A DNA stretch of 64,000 nucleotides from Azolla caroliniana (GCA_043228905.1 JBHGNT010000004.1:9176001-9240000), one strand, 5' to 3'; shown: positions 10,307 through 22,453, counted from the stretch's first letter. Notes: a model not told the origin generated them from the letters alone. A program made the numbers and translations.

Positions 10307-13300
10307 CACATCCAAACTAGGCCAAGAGGAGTCCGCATCGTCGTGACATCCTTGCTCTCTACGGCTAGTTGGAACTGATCGTACCCTGAGTACAGATCCC
10401 CGATCGAGTAGATCGACCTCCCTGCGAAGGCCTCCGCAAACTCATCAATGGTCGGTCCGATACCTGCGTTTCGAATGGTTACCTTGTTGACCGGCTGCAG
10501 GTCCTGTATGAAGTGCAGTGTGCTGTTCTTCTTCGGCACGGTAAACCACCAATTCGAATATGGGGCACTCGACGGTTCGAGGATGCCCATCTCCACCTTT
10601 TGTTTCAGCAGCTCCATCAACTTCGGGATGTGAGCTTTGGGTACCGGAATCGGTTTGAGATTCCACGGCATATGCAGTATCGTGAAGATCACCATTGGTT
10701 CCACAACCGTCGGGTCTATACACCCGATCTCGTTCGGTGAGAATGCAAAAGCCTTCTCGTGCTTCCCGAGCATTCTCTGAAACTGGTCCTCTTCCACCAG
10801 CAGTAGAAAGCCACCCCCACCGATCTTGAGCTCCCGTAGCGTTATGTTAGTGAACGTGTGTGCTATGCTGGCTGGATCTTGTAAACATGGGTCTGACGCG
10901 ACCCCCTTTATCCGTAACTCGCTGCCCTTCGGCAAGGGTGCCGCGACTGGCCTCACCTTCCGGTCCACAGTCTTCTACTTCGTTTCCACTTGGGCCGTCC
11001 GATCCGACTCGAGTCCATTACCGAAGTCGGCGATGAATTTGTACATCTTTTTCGAGCTTACCGGAATCGTTCGGTCCTCATTAAGGCCTTCTCCGAACAC
11101 CTCTCGTAACTTCCCTAAGGTGTCGTCGAAAGAGACCACCTCCACGGCTCCATTGATTTCCTCTTCAAGGCCGAGGACTCTACATGCCCGAAGTCGCTCC
11201 TCCGCCCACTTCTTTTCTCGGCCAACTACGCTGGCTATCGTACAACCTCCGCTATCGGAGAACCAAAATTTCCTACCTATGGTACAGGTCTTTTTGCCTA
11301 TAGTACATCTGTGGGGTTTTTCCGTGGTGTTCAGACTATTGCGGCCCCACGCCCTGATAGCCCTCTCTAAAAATCCCCTCGGGTTTTGCAACCGAGGGTC
11401 TCACGGTTACGCTCATGGTTCGGTCACACCGTCAAGAATTGGACCGAGTGACGCCCATCCTGGCTCTTGACTCGTGCATATGTCGAACCATTGTTCATCA
11501 CCTTTGTCTCCACCCGTGCCGCCATGATGTACGGTTCCCCAAGTATAACCGGATGCGAGGACGTCTCCTGTACGAAGAAGTGTTGATCGATCTCGACATC
11601 GCCGATTTTCACCCGTACATTTGGGCAGGCTCCATGCAGCTCTTCCGTGGCACCGTTGCTACCCGTATTTTCCACCCGTGGTTGGTGTTGATCAGCCACT
11701 TCCCCTTCTTGTATAAGTCCATGGACATCAAGTTGATTACTTAACCGTGGTCCACCAACGCCACCACTGGATCCTGAACATCTCTGATCTTAACGGGGGT
11801 CTTCGTGGTTGCTCTGGCCCAATGTGGCCTTGAATAGTGGCTCTCTGCCAACTCGTCTTCTAGAGCCATGTCTTCTAGGTGCGTCGTTTGCACCTCCATC
11901 GGCTTCTCCGGCTCCGGCTCTGGCTCTGTCGAAAGCCTTTTCCCATTCACCAAGTCCACGATGGAGTCGTGGAACTCCTTCGCAATTCGGAGCACTTCCC
12001 TCAGTGACAGCTCCACTTTGTTGTCGAGGATACCCTCCTCGAGGACCTTACGCAGGTCCGTGGCCCTCTCGATCTCCATGCTCAGTCGGTACCCGGCCCT
12101 GTTGGCTTTATCGGGTGCGCTGGTTGCACCGGCATCATTCTGCTTTAGCCCAAACCGGGTCTCATACCATTGTGAGGGTCCGGCCCCTCTGGTCTTACCC
12201 ACACGCTTGTCCTCCACCAGAACCTTGTACTTTTGGCAAGCGGCTTCAACGAAGCCTGTCTTTTCTTCGACCGGGTCAATCCACCCGGTTGACTGTCGGA
12301 CCCGTCTTTCGGCATGGTCCACTTCCTCTTTCCTCAGTCGTACGCCGGCGAGGCCTTCTAGCATCAACAGCCAGAATCCGGCTTCCTTCGTCTTCCGGAC
12401 TTAATCGCTTCTTCCATCAGCCGTTTCATACCTCCTCGTCCGACATTCAGATCCAAGGCCCTTCGGGTTTTGCTAGCGTGCACCCGATCGTTCCATAGGT
12501 ACACCACGTTAGCCCTTATCGCTTCGGTGAAGTCCCTGTAGTCCTTTCGGGTGTGGCAGACCGCGTCGCATCACAAGCGTCGGTTCCCAGCCGGAGGCCT
12601 TCGGTCACGGACTTGTTCGCCGCCGTCCCTCCGTGCTTGTGCAATCTGGAGGTCCCTCACCATCTGAGTCAGCTCCTCAAGAGCAGCTCCTTCGGACGAG
12701 CCTTTGACCGTGCTGGTCGAAGTTGAGCCGGTCTCGAGCCAGTCTCAGGTCTCTTCCCTTCGCGTCGGTGGGGTTACCTCGACCTTCCTTGTCGCAACAG
12801 AACCCGCCCCCATCAAGCCTTTATCGACCCACTCACGCTGTTTGTCAAAACGGCCGCAGACTCTGTTTACCACAGCCCAATCGGTTGTTAGGCCGTCATC
12901 GGTCTCCAGCAGGAAGCCCACTTGCTCCCGGTCCCTTACATCCACCGATTTAACGAATAATAGGACACGACTTGTGTCCAGTATGATCCGGTCCAGCGCC
13001 GAAAGACGCGCGAAGCGTTCTTCAAACTCCCGAAGGAGCACCGACGCGTTTCTCCCCTTTTCGGGGGTCTCCACCCATTCCATGAAGTCCCACTTCGATA
13101 GTCGAAGCGCGTCATCAAGCCCATATTTTTCAAGGAGCCGACCTTCAAACTCTTCCCAGGTCCGACTCTCGGCCTGTACCTCAAGCACCTCCGTGTGGAT
13201 GCCCGACATCGCGACCCGAGGGAATCCGGCAAATCGCCTATCCTTCGGGATGTCCCTCATCACCATTTCAGCTCGGTAAGCCTCCAAATAGCTCGTGGCA

Positions 13301-13434
13301 TCCTTCCCACCGAACCGGCCTATCGTGCCAATGACTGCTTCAATAGCCCTATCGAGGGCGCATGTGTCTTCGCGCACACTCACTATCCAATCCATAGCCA
13401 AAGCCATGGCTTCTGCAAGATCCGACCCTCTCAT
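10307..13434 (-). pseudogene. Element B gag, protease and RT 5' part
   Basis: FGGKDATSYLEAY (gag), VALVDHG (protease), DLQPVN..DLYSGYDQ (RT). The RT frame resumes at 5004 once C is removed. Confidence 0.9.
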
Positions 13435-13456
13435 CTTTCTATTCCTCTGCCGCCTG

Positions 13457-13474
13457 TTCACGTCGGGTTCACCA
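13457..13474 (-). promoter_or_regulatory. PBS of B, complementary to tRNA-Trp 3' end
   Basis: Plus strand TTCACGTCGGGTTCACCA matches the 3' 18 nt of plant cytosolic tRNA-Trp as I recall it. Lies 4 nt inside the 5' LTR. Confidence 0.8.
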
Positions 13475-13478
13475 AATA

Positions 13479-14140
13479 TGTCGCGTTGTTACGCGTGTGC
13501 GTGGTGAACGAGGCGGGACCACATGGGCCTTGGACCGAGAAATAACCGAACGAGAAGAGGGGAAGGAAACTACCAATATACTCCGCACGCGCACAGACAC
13601 ACAGATTCACAGGAGTTGCAACTAACTCCGAACAATGGAGACAGAATGAATGTATGCGTATATATATATATATAAAGGGGTTACAACTGGCAAGCCGGCG
13701 ATTGATAGGCTTAGACGTCTGCACACACACATACACACACACATAACGCGAGATGGAGACTCTGCCGGAAGCACTCGAGCGGAGCAGAGTCAGCCTCCCG
13801 AAACCTGCACAGAACGACTATGGAGAAGAGCTCGGTTCCCGTCCGGCAACGCTTCCTCCTCCCCAAAACGCAATACCCCCCGCCTTTTTACAATACCTCT
13901 TCCTCTTTTATAGCCCAAGGAGGGAGGCCGTTACCACTTGTTACATCATGTTTATTCCCTGTCCTTTCGAACAGGGATACGCCTCGATTTTCTCCCTAAT
14001 GAATGCGTGCTACCTAGGATTTCACCTCAGTCGACTTGTACCTATCTATGTACTATACAACAAAACTTGTGCCCACGTGTAAGGGCCGGTTTACGCACGT
14101 TATACCTGGTTTCTGCCTAGGGACGGTTTTCTCCACGACA
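13479..14140 (-). repeat. 5' LTR of B (662 bp)
   Basis: Direct repeat of 1923-2538, adjacent to the PBS. Confidence 0.92.
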
Positions 14141-14217
14141 ACGAGAAACGTCCAGTTGCAGGGATCCTACTACAACCGGATGATGTTGTTTTCCGGATAT
14201 TGGGGTCCGTTGCCTCG

Positions 14218-15198
14218 CTAGAATGGTGCGCGATTACTCATAGGACAATGGAGAAGGAGATGACTCGAGGCCCCACAATATAGGCACAATCCATTAGTCC
14301 GCTGAAATTGTCGTTCGACATCAGTCAATGGCCAAAAGTGACCTTGATCAATTTCCATTGGGACTGGAGCATCTGCCAAAGTAGGGGAGCGTGACGCCAC
14401 CGGTGGGAGGGATACTTGGGGTTGTACGACTAGGGCGTGTCGTGGAAGTGAATGAGTCGAAACCCAAGTCTGGTCCTCTTCTTGGTAAAATTCAAAAAGG
14501 CGAGTGTCACCATGGATTTCTTGTGAAATCGCTTGGGATAACGAGGTGGGCTTGGGAAAGTTCAAGAGAAGATTCTTGACATTGCTCCGAAGGCCCCGCC
14601 GAAAGTGATCAGTTAAAGCTTGATCATCCCAGTTGACATCACATGCTAGTTGTCGAAATTTCGAAGCATAGACAGAGGTTGCACGCGAACCTTGTACGAA
14701 TGCATAAAGCTTGGTGAGTGTTGTACGTCGTCGGTCCGTCTTTCCAAATATGGCCTCTAACTCAGCGAGGAAGGCAGGAAAGTCCTCCAATAGAGGTGAC
14801 GAAGTTTCCACTAAAGGTGCAAACCAAGCTTGGGCCAAACCGGAGAGGAGGGTGCCCACAAGTCCAACTTGTCGAAGACCATGTGCATAATGTTGAGTTT
14901 GTAGCTGAATGATTAGGAAAATTTGGTTGATGAACCCCTGGAAACGTGACCTCGTTCCATCAAATTTTTCTAGGAGGCTAATCTTAGGCTCAAGAAAATG
15001 AGAAGAAGCTAGATCAGATGTTGGTAGAAGACTGGGCTCCATGCTAGGTTGTGGTGGGACATTAGGCTCTATGGGATGTGAGGATAGGGAGGCACCGACT
15101 TGAAGTTCTCGTAACGAATTTCGAAGGGCTTCATTTTCAAGCTGGAGTTGTTGTAAGGTTGTCATTATCTGGCTTAAGTCACAGGCTGGGTTGGACAT
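14218..15198 (-). CDS. gag: Element A Gag (PEG10/RTL1-like capsid plus CCHC knuckle)
   Basis: Open 327-codon frame from ATG at 15198. EPKISLLEKFDGTRSRFQGFINQ, QGSRATSVYASKF, CLYCGASSHLLLHC. Confidence 0.9.
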   Translation of the reverse strand: MSNPACDLSQIMTTLQQLQLENEALRNSLRELQVGASLSSHPIEPNVPPQPSMEPSLLPTSDLASSHFLEPKISLLEKFDGTRSRFQGFINQIFLIIQLQTQHYAHGLRQVGLVGTLLSGLAQAWFAPLVETSSPLLEDFPAFLAELEAIFGKTDRRRTTLTKLYAFVQGSRATSVYASKFRQLACDVNWDDQALTDHFRRGLRSNVKNLLLNFPKPTSLSQAISQEIHGDTRLFEFYQEEDQTWVSTHSLPRHALVVQPQVSLPPVASRSPTLADAPVPMEIDQGHFWPLTDVERQFQRTNGLCLYCGASSHLLLHCPMSNRAPF

Positions 15199-15235
15199 GG
15201 TTACAGCTAATGAGAAGGAGAGCAACGAGGATGGG

Positions 15236-15342
15236 AAGGTGAACAAATTGTCATGAGTAGAAGATATACACAAGAGAGTAGAAGATAATCAAAGGGATGA
15301 GTTGATTAATTGAAAGACTTCGTAACTGGTGTTGTTCACCTT
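15236..15342 (-). promoter_or_regulatory. Self-priming pair of A: PBS (15236-15246) complementary to the first ~11 nt of the predicted transcript (15332-15342)
   Basis: AAGGTGAACAA at 15236-15246 and TTGTTCACCTT at 15332-15342 are perfect reverse complements. The second begins ~32 nt downstream of the TATA box. Confidence 0.8.
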
Positions 15343-15560
15343 GATTGTAATCTAGGTGAACACACATATTTATACAAGTTCTGAGGTTGAATATCTCTCA
15401 AATATACCTAAGAAATATCTCTAGAATATACTCGTCTAGAATATACCATAGAACATTTCTAGAATATACTCAACACTAGAATATTCTATATGCTAGACTA
15501 TACAACATTAACCATATACTTTATATATAACTTAAGGGTTTCCAAATGGTTTATCTAATA
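15249..15560 (-). repeat. 5' LTR of element A
   Basis: Ends ..CATGACA at 15249 on the minus strand. TATAAATAT on the minus strand at 15374-15366. Probable outer end TATTAG (decayed TGTTAG) at 15560; this boundary is inferred. Confidence 0.7.
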
Positions 15561-15565
15561 CTAAG

Positions 15566-15999
15566 TATTGAAGAGAAATGCACAGAATATCGCTCGGCCA
15601 CAACCGAGTAGTAAATCACTTCTATAAGAATCAAACACAGAAATGGGAAGTGGAGAGTACACAAGAAAATGACATAAGATGTTTATGTGGAAAACCCTAA
15701 TAGGGAAAAACCACGGGAACCCACAGACTACGAACTATCACTATGAAGAGAAGGGTTACAATCAGAGACTTGGAGACAATGACCTCGAGCTCTGTTTCTT
15801 CGCACAGTGGAGGTTACAATAGAGTATCGCTCTGTATCTCTCTCTCTCTCTCTCTCTCTCTGTACAACAGTTACAACAATATGACAACAACACAATCACA
15901 CAACAAAGTGATTGCCCTAAGTCTTATTTATAGCTATATGAATTTAGGGCTATTTACAAATATAGCCTGAATGGGCTTATTCAAGACATATTACTAACA
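15566..15999 (-). mobile_element. Solo LTR of a Copia family related to C, without a matching TSD
   Basis: Minus strand TGTTAG..CAATA. Shares CTCGGTTGTGGCCGAGC and CCCGTGGTTTTTCCC..AGGGTTTTCCAC with the C LTR. Flanks CTAAG / ATGTC do not match. Confidence 0.8.
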
Positions 16000-16158
16000 A
16001 TGTCGGTTAGTAACTGGTTAAGACCCATTTGATACCACGATCCATCCATATCTCACCGTATCACCCTTTGGTGAAGTGTTCCATAGGGACACCCTGTGTT
16101 AAGACTTGTCCAGCCTAAAAGATAATAGGTAACACATGGCACACATGTGGGACAGTGC
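16000..16158 (+). mobile_element. Relic 5' LTR end (U5) plus PBS of a family related to element H
   Basis: TCACCCTTTGGTGAAGTGT..GACACC.TGTGTTA.G.CTTGTCC.GC..TAACA (to 16134) matches the right end of the H LTR. Followed by CA-TGGCACACATGTGGGAC (16137-16153). Confidence 0.75.
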
Positions 16159-16419
16159 ATTGCACAGTGAACCCACTCTTCATGGCAACTCTGCTTGACC
16201 GGAACTCCATCGGTCGTCTCAACGGTCAGAAATCTCTCGACCGGATCACTGCTCTACGATCGATAACTTCGATCGGAGCTTTGCTTGACTCGAACCTTCT
16301 CATTCGGTCAGCACAAGTCACAATTGGATCATACACCAATCGGCTAGTTCACTATGGCATCGGTCGTGAAATCGTGTTGTGCATTTGTTATTCTATCTTT
16401 CATCATGTGGAGTGAGTTT

Positions 16420-16632
16420 TATATTTTTCACTCTTTGGTCTTTCAAATTTTTCCCTCAAGTTTTTATTGTTTATTTTATGCCCTTGAATTTTCAAAATTT
16501 TCCCTTCTACCCTCCAGTTTTTGAAATTTGGTCTCATGCCCTCCAGCTTTTGAAATTCCGTCATCTGCCCTCAATCTTCTGAAATTCGGTTTTGATGCCC
16601 TCCAATTTTTGACATTTTGCGATCTACCCTCG
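16420..16632. repeat. Array of ~30-bp imperfect repeats, possibly one end of a DNA transposon
   Basis: Repeated TGCCCTC(C)AG/ATTTTTGAAATT units. No partner TIR found. Confidence 0.4.
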
Positions 16633-17145
16633 GGCGTTTTGAATGCCCCTGTCTTCTTGCTTCCATTCATATTCTCGCCTTTCACTTCTAGCGGATTGCG
16701 GCGGCGGCAGCAACATTGATTGTGGCGCTGATCTCAAGGACCAGTTTGCTGAATATGTTGTAATTGTCTCTGCCATTGATGCTAGGAGTAGAGCTCCCGA
16801 GAATGGATGCAATTATTGCTGGAGCTAATTGTAGTGGTGATGATGGAGTTGTTGCTCATGATTGCTCTGCTAATATCCGTTGATGAGCATAATGTGCTCT
16901 TCTTTCTGTATTGAGGTGTAGATGCCTCATATGATTTAGTATGACGGCTTGGTTTTGATGATGATGAACACCAACACTATTAGGATAGCCATGAAATGGC
17001 ACAGAACAGGTGACCATATATGTGTGAACTTCCTTTGCTACCATTTCCTTCATTGCCGCCATTAAACCTTCATTCAGACTATATCCATTGCAATTAGATG
17101 CACAAAGAAGACCGTCATCATCGTTGTTCTTCTAATTTTCATCAT

Positions 17146-17565
17146 TGTTTAGTAAGAAGAACAACATTGGGTGCGTAATACGGTGCATAACGCAGTGCGT
17201 AGACTGGGTGCATGAAACATTATGCATAACGTAGCCGTAGCGGTGCGTAAACCGCGAGGCCGTTAGTATGGTATTCCTCGTAAGGAATAATTTTGGGAGT
17301 TAGTGTAGTAAGCTCATTTATGAGCAGTCAAGTACTGTCAGTACTTGTGTCAGCCCAATTGTCAGGGCTTGTATAAAAGGTGCTCACTAAGCATGATCTA
17401 TATACAGAGCGCCATTATTTTTGAAATAGAACTAAGTTGTCTGCTCTCTATCTGTCTCTCCATCTCCATCTCCATCTTTGTGTTTCCTGAGTTTACCAAA
17501 CTGTCTTATTTTCGAACTGTGTACTCTATGTTTATGCACACGCTTCCGCACACATATTCTTTACA
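17146..17565 (+). repeat. 5' LTR of D
   Basis: TGTTTAG..TTTACA. Diverged copy of 38161-38580. Confidence 0.93.
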
Positions 17566-18438
17566 TGGTATCAGAGCACGAGGGTTGAAGTCCTCTGCAG
17601 CCGACAAGAAAAGCTTGCGACAAAACAAAGTTGAAGTTGTTCATCATTTTTTTTCGAAAAAGAAACAAGACAGCAATATGGACAGAGGTATGGGAAGCTC
17701 GCTACCGACTGAAAAGCTCGATAGGAGCAACTACGCATCTTGGTCGTAGAAGCTGCACCAATACCTGCTCGGTCATGACTACTGGAGTTATGTCGAAGGA
17801 GCTAATGATGTAGCACCCGATTCGACACACAGAGATTTCTTGGCTTGGGAACAAGCGGCAAGCAGAGTTCTCTACTACTTTGCATCCTATGTGATAGACC
17901 AACTATTGAGCTATATTTGGGATGCTAACACGCCAAAGGACGCATGCGCAAATCTGAAAAAGCTTTTTGCCGCAAGCACAACGGCCAGGAAGCTGCATCT
18001 TAGGCAGGAGCTCAGTAATGTTCAGTAGAAAGATTTGTCTGTGGCTGATTACACGGCCCGAATCAGGAAAATTTGTCACTCACTCGCCTCCGTCAATGTG
18101 AATGTCGAGGAGGACGAGATGGTGCAAGTGTGCGTTGGTGGGCTAGTGTCTAGGTTCGGAGCTTTCCGAACGACGGTCTGTACGAGGGACAATACGCCTT
18201 CATTCTTCGAGCTTTAGTCAATGTTGCTCGTGGAGGAAAATCACATGGGTGCGTGGACGAATACGCATGCTGACGGGAAGATGATGTACACGGAGGAAGA
18301 TAGGCCCCGTGGTCATGGTGGACGAGGCGGATCGGCGCGCAATGGAGGCGGCCGACAAGAGCAGAACAAGCAGCATAATCGAAATGTCGACAACAGTTCC
18401 GGACCCTTGACAAGCAGGGCGAGTCTTGGCGGCGCTGA

Positions 18439-19619
18439 TGTCGTGTGAATCTTCACACACTATGTAAAAAAATAATGAAATAATTATTATAGATTAGATT
18501 AGTATCTTACTATAGAAAGATGGATATACTCAAGAGCTTCAAAATGTATTTTACTATATACAAAATGGAGAAATACATATCAAGTTATGAGAAAATGAAG
18601 TTTGATTAGATAGAGAAATTAGAACTATCCCACATAGATAGGAAACTTAAGGCCCTGGCTATATAAGCACCTTGAGCTCCCTCATTTTTCATTTGTGCTA
18701 AGAGCACTTTGGCCACTTTGTCTTGATGGATGATGGTGGCCAAATTCCTTAAAACCGGAAACCGACCGGTAAGCAAAACCGGAACCGGAATCGGCAAGCA
18801 AATCGGAATCGGAACCGGCAAGCAAACTGGAACTGGAACCGGCAAGCAAACTGGAACCGGCCGGCAAGAAAAACCGGAACCGGAACCGGAAAGCAAATTG
18901 GAACCGGCCGGCAAGCAAAACCGAAACCGAAACCGGCAAGCAAACCGGAACCGGTCGGCAAGCAAAATCGGAACCGGAACTGACCGGCAAACAAAATGGA
19001 ACCGGCTACCGGACGATGTTGGACGCGGACGGACGAAAGATTGGATCATGCAACAAACTAAAGTAAAGGCCATGTGGACGCAAGCAACTAAAGAAGGGAG
19101 TGCATGGAAAAAGTAAAGGTCATGTGGACAGTCACATGCAACCAAAAGAAAAAGCTAGGCGACTAAAAGTAGAGGCCATGCAACAAAAAGTGAAAAAGTT
19201 ATGATCAAGGGAGAACTCCATTTTTATTCCATTTTTTTTCCTACACTAGGATAGACTCTCCATATTATTATTTTTTTCTTCTCAACTCCCTTATCTTAGG
19301 GAAGCCATAACTCTCGAAAACCCTAATCTTCCCTACGGAAGCCATAATACTCATATAACCTAATCCTAATCTTCCCTACGGAAGCCATATCTACCAAAAC
19401 CCCTAATTTTTCTTTTCTATTAATCTTAGTAAACCTAAAACTTCTAAATCCCAATCTTGGGACATATTGTAATTTCTTTTTCCTTTGTTAATGAAAATTA
19501 TTAAATTTCTTCTTTCTGTTAATTGTTAAAAATATAAACGCACAGATGTGATTATCCTTCGGTCGGAGGCCCCGGGGTCCTGCCTCAAGTTCGCATATCC
19601 TCGTCGTATTTTCGCGACA
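18439..19619 (+). mobile_element. Element E: 1181-bp solo LTR (termini like B and G) inserted in gag of D
   Basis: TGTCGTG..CGCGACA termini. 4-bp TSD CTGA/CCGA (one transition). D gag is continuous when E is removed. Confidence 0.85.
18753..19012. repeat. Minisatellite (AACCGG / CAAGCAAA units) inside solo LTR E
   Basis: Repeated GGAACCGGCAAGCAAA(A)CC. Confidence 0.9.
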
Positions 19620-22453
19620 CCGAAAGCCGGCAAGATAAGGCCGCGTCGGAATGCTGGTATTGTGGCAAGAAAGGCCACAAGGAGAGCGAGTGCTGGAAAA
19701 AGAGAGCTGATTCAGACAAAGGTGGATCGAGCTGAAGAGACAGAGAGAGGCGTCAGAGATCGCACTACGCAGAAGGCTTTGAACGAGTCGGAAACAAATC
19801 GAGCAAGCCTTCGTAATGAAGCATAAGGCCAATTCTATGGCCTTAAACACCTCGAGATCGAGCGAGGTGTGGTATGTTGATTCCGGAGCGTCAAATCATA
19901 TGATGAGTCACAAGGAATGGTTGTCGTACTTGGAGAAACCAGAATCGCAAGGAGTGGTCGAAACGGGAGACGACACTCCGCATACCATCGAACATGTCGG
20001 CGAAGTTCCCCTCAGCCACGTCGGGCAGAAAGAGAAGCTCATGAACGTGTTGCACATCCCAACAATAACGAAGAACCTGGTGTCGGTCGACCAGGGAATG
20101 CAGGTTCGATTCACGCATTTCCGCTACTTCATAGAAGAGCAAGGCAAAGTAATCGCACAAGGGCGCCGTGAAGGGAGGATGTTTATCCTCGAAACCAACA
20201 GTGTGGGCACTGTTATGTACGCGAAAGGACAAAAGGTCGAATCGGATATTGACCTATGGCACAAGAGATTCGGCCACATAAATTTCCCACGGCTTCGTGA
20301 GATGCAGACGAAGAACATTGTTTTCGGCTTGCCAAAATTCCGGGGCCGTAATGGCCAAGTCTGCGAAGCTTGTCAGATGGGAAAAGAACACTGACTTCCA
20401 TTCCCCAATGAGCGTAATCGTAGTCGAAGTTTGCTGGATTTGATCCATTCGGATGTGTGGGGACCGACACAGAACGTGAGTCTCGATGGAAACTGTTACT
20501 TTGTAACCTTCATCGACGACTTCACTCAGCACACGTGGGTATGCACAATTGCGAAGAACAACGAAGTCTTCACATGTTTCCTGAAGGTGAAGAGCCTTGC
20601 GGAAAGGGAAACAGGGCGTAAGATCAAATGCCTACGGTCCGATGGCGGGAAGGAGTATTTCTCCAACCAGTTCACAAGTTATCTATAGGAGGAGGGAATT
20701 CGACGCGAATTCTCGTGTAGATACACGCCACAACAGAACGGCTTGGTCGAGTGGAAGAATCGTACAATCGAAGAAGTGGCCAGGGCAATGCTTGAAGAGA
20801 AGCATATGCCGAAATTCTATTGGTCTGAACCTATGAGACGGCAGTCTACCTGCAGAATCTGACTTTTGCTAATGGAGAAGTGTCGCCACATGAGCTGTAT
20901 TTCTGGAAGAAGCCGAACTTGGCAAACTTGAGGATTTTCGGTAGCATTTTATATGAGCATGTGCCGAAGGAAAAGAGGAGGGACCTGGATGCCAAAGCCA
21001 AAAAGTGCATCTTAGTCGGCTATCCAGACGAGCAGAAGGGGTATAAATGTTATAACCCCTAAACAAAGGAAGTACGCGTAAGTCAAGATATCGTGTTCGA
21101 CGAATCCGCTTCGTGGTACTTGCCTTCATCCCTAACTCCTCATAACTCCATTCCGAATTCTGAGGACGAAGTTAGCGAGGCCAAAATGCCCCCGCACGAT
21201 GAAGAAGTCGGAGCTCTGAGAGAGTCCGATCTCATTTCGGCTAAGTGGACCGAAATGGCCAACCTATTGAAGAGACGGCGAGTAGTGGCGACTCAAGCGT
21301 GATGTCCCCACGTAAAGAACCGAGGAGACGGTTTACGCGCAAGGAGAAGGGCAAGAAGAAAATGTTGGAGTATGATTTCAACAACACCGAGTCAGTTTGG
21401 AGCGAATCTGACATCGAGTCGATCGTAAAGAAACCTCCGCGGAAGAGGTCAAAATCGGCCAAAAGGTCGTGAAATCGGGTAATCACGAATTACACCAATC
21501 TACCTGCCTGAAGAACCCCGTGAAGAGATACGGGTACAATGAATACATGGCGCATCACTATGTGTACATGACGCGAGTGGCGGAAGTCTGTGAGCCGGAG
21601 AGCTACGTAGAAGCGGTGAAAGACGCAAATTGGCGTGCCGCAATGGAGGAGGAGATGCTCGCATAGGTAGAGAATGAAACCTGGGACCTGGTTGACGCAC
21701 TGAAGGGTGTGAAGCTGATCGGATGTAGGTGGGTGTACAAGGTCAAGTACAACACTAACGGCTCGGTCAACCGATACAAGTCCCAGCTAGTAGCGAAAGG
21801 CTACGCGCAACAACACGACATCGACTACGATTAGATGTTTGCGCCGGTCGCAAAGATGACAACCGTCTGTGTTTTACTTACAGTAGTTGTAGAGAAAGAG
21901 TGGCACTTACATCAGATGGATGTCAAGAATGGGTTCTTGCAAGGCGAGCTTGAGGAACAGGTGTACACGGTACAACCCCCAGATTTCACTCTGGACTGAA
22001 CACTTCGACGGTCTACCGGTTGAAGAAGTCCCTTTACGGACTAAAGCAAGCCCCGCGTGCTTGGAACGCAAAAATCACACAACGATTGTGTCGGATGGGA
22101 TTTGCGACGTCTAGATCGGACTCTTCACTATTCATTTGGAAAGGTCGACTCGGGCCGATTAGTATTTTACTTTATGTTGATGACCTGGTCATCACGGGCG
22201 CCTTCCTAGGTGAAATCAACCGCGTAAAGCTCCAGCTCGCGGCATCATTTGACATGAAGGACCTAGGGAACTTTCACTACTTCCTCGGGATCGAAGTGAT
22301 TCGTACCCCCGAAGGCATATTGATCATCAGCCAACGTCATTATGCATTGAATATGCTCTTCAAGTTTGGGATGGCAAATTGTAAGCCCATCTCGACCCCT
22401 CTGGACAAAAACGTAAAGCTTCACCGAGATTCACGAAAGCCGTGCGACCCTAC

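Larger units (their letters stand above)
1923..14140 (-). mobile_element. Element B: full-length degenerate non-chromovirus Ty3/gypsy (Phygy-like), interrupted by C
   Basis: LTRs 1923-2538 and 13479-14140 (TGTC..GACA, diverged, with indels). Imperfect 4-bp TSD ACGG/ACGA. tRNA-Trp PBS. gag-PR-RT-RH-INT on the minus strand with many stops and frameshifts. Confidence 0.93.
1..15560 (-). mobile_element. Element A: Ty3/gypsy retrotransposon, Tcn1/Tf1-sushi-like, degenerate, interrupted by B; 3' end lies left of the window
   Basis: Minus-strand gag (14218-15198) and PR/RT/RNaseH remnants (1-1922). 5' LTR about 15249-15560 with TCTAGA-rich repeats. No tRNA PBS, but an 11-nt self-primer pair is present. 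Confidence 0.88.
17678..22453 (+). pseudogene. Element D gag-pol 5' part (interrupted by E at 18439-19619)
   Basis: MDRGMGSSLPTEKLDRSNYASW, CWYCGKKGHKESEC, WYVDSGASNH, LWHKRFGH..CEAC, HSDVWGP, SDGGKEY, YGLKQAPRAW, LLYVDDL. Confidence 0.92.

Noticed and set aside
16028-16037. Minus-strand TGGTATCAAA as an iMet PBS
   Set aside because: Short match with no adjacent LTR end in that orientation.
18606-19145. ORFs with GTGKQ or RFRF repeats
   Set aside because: These are translations of the LTR minisatellite.
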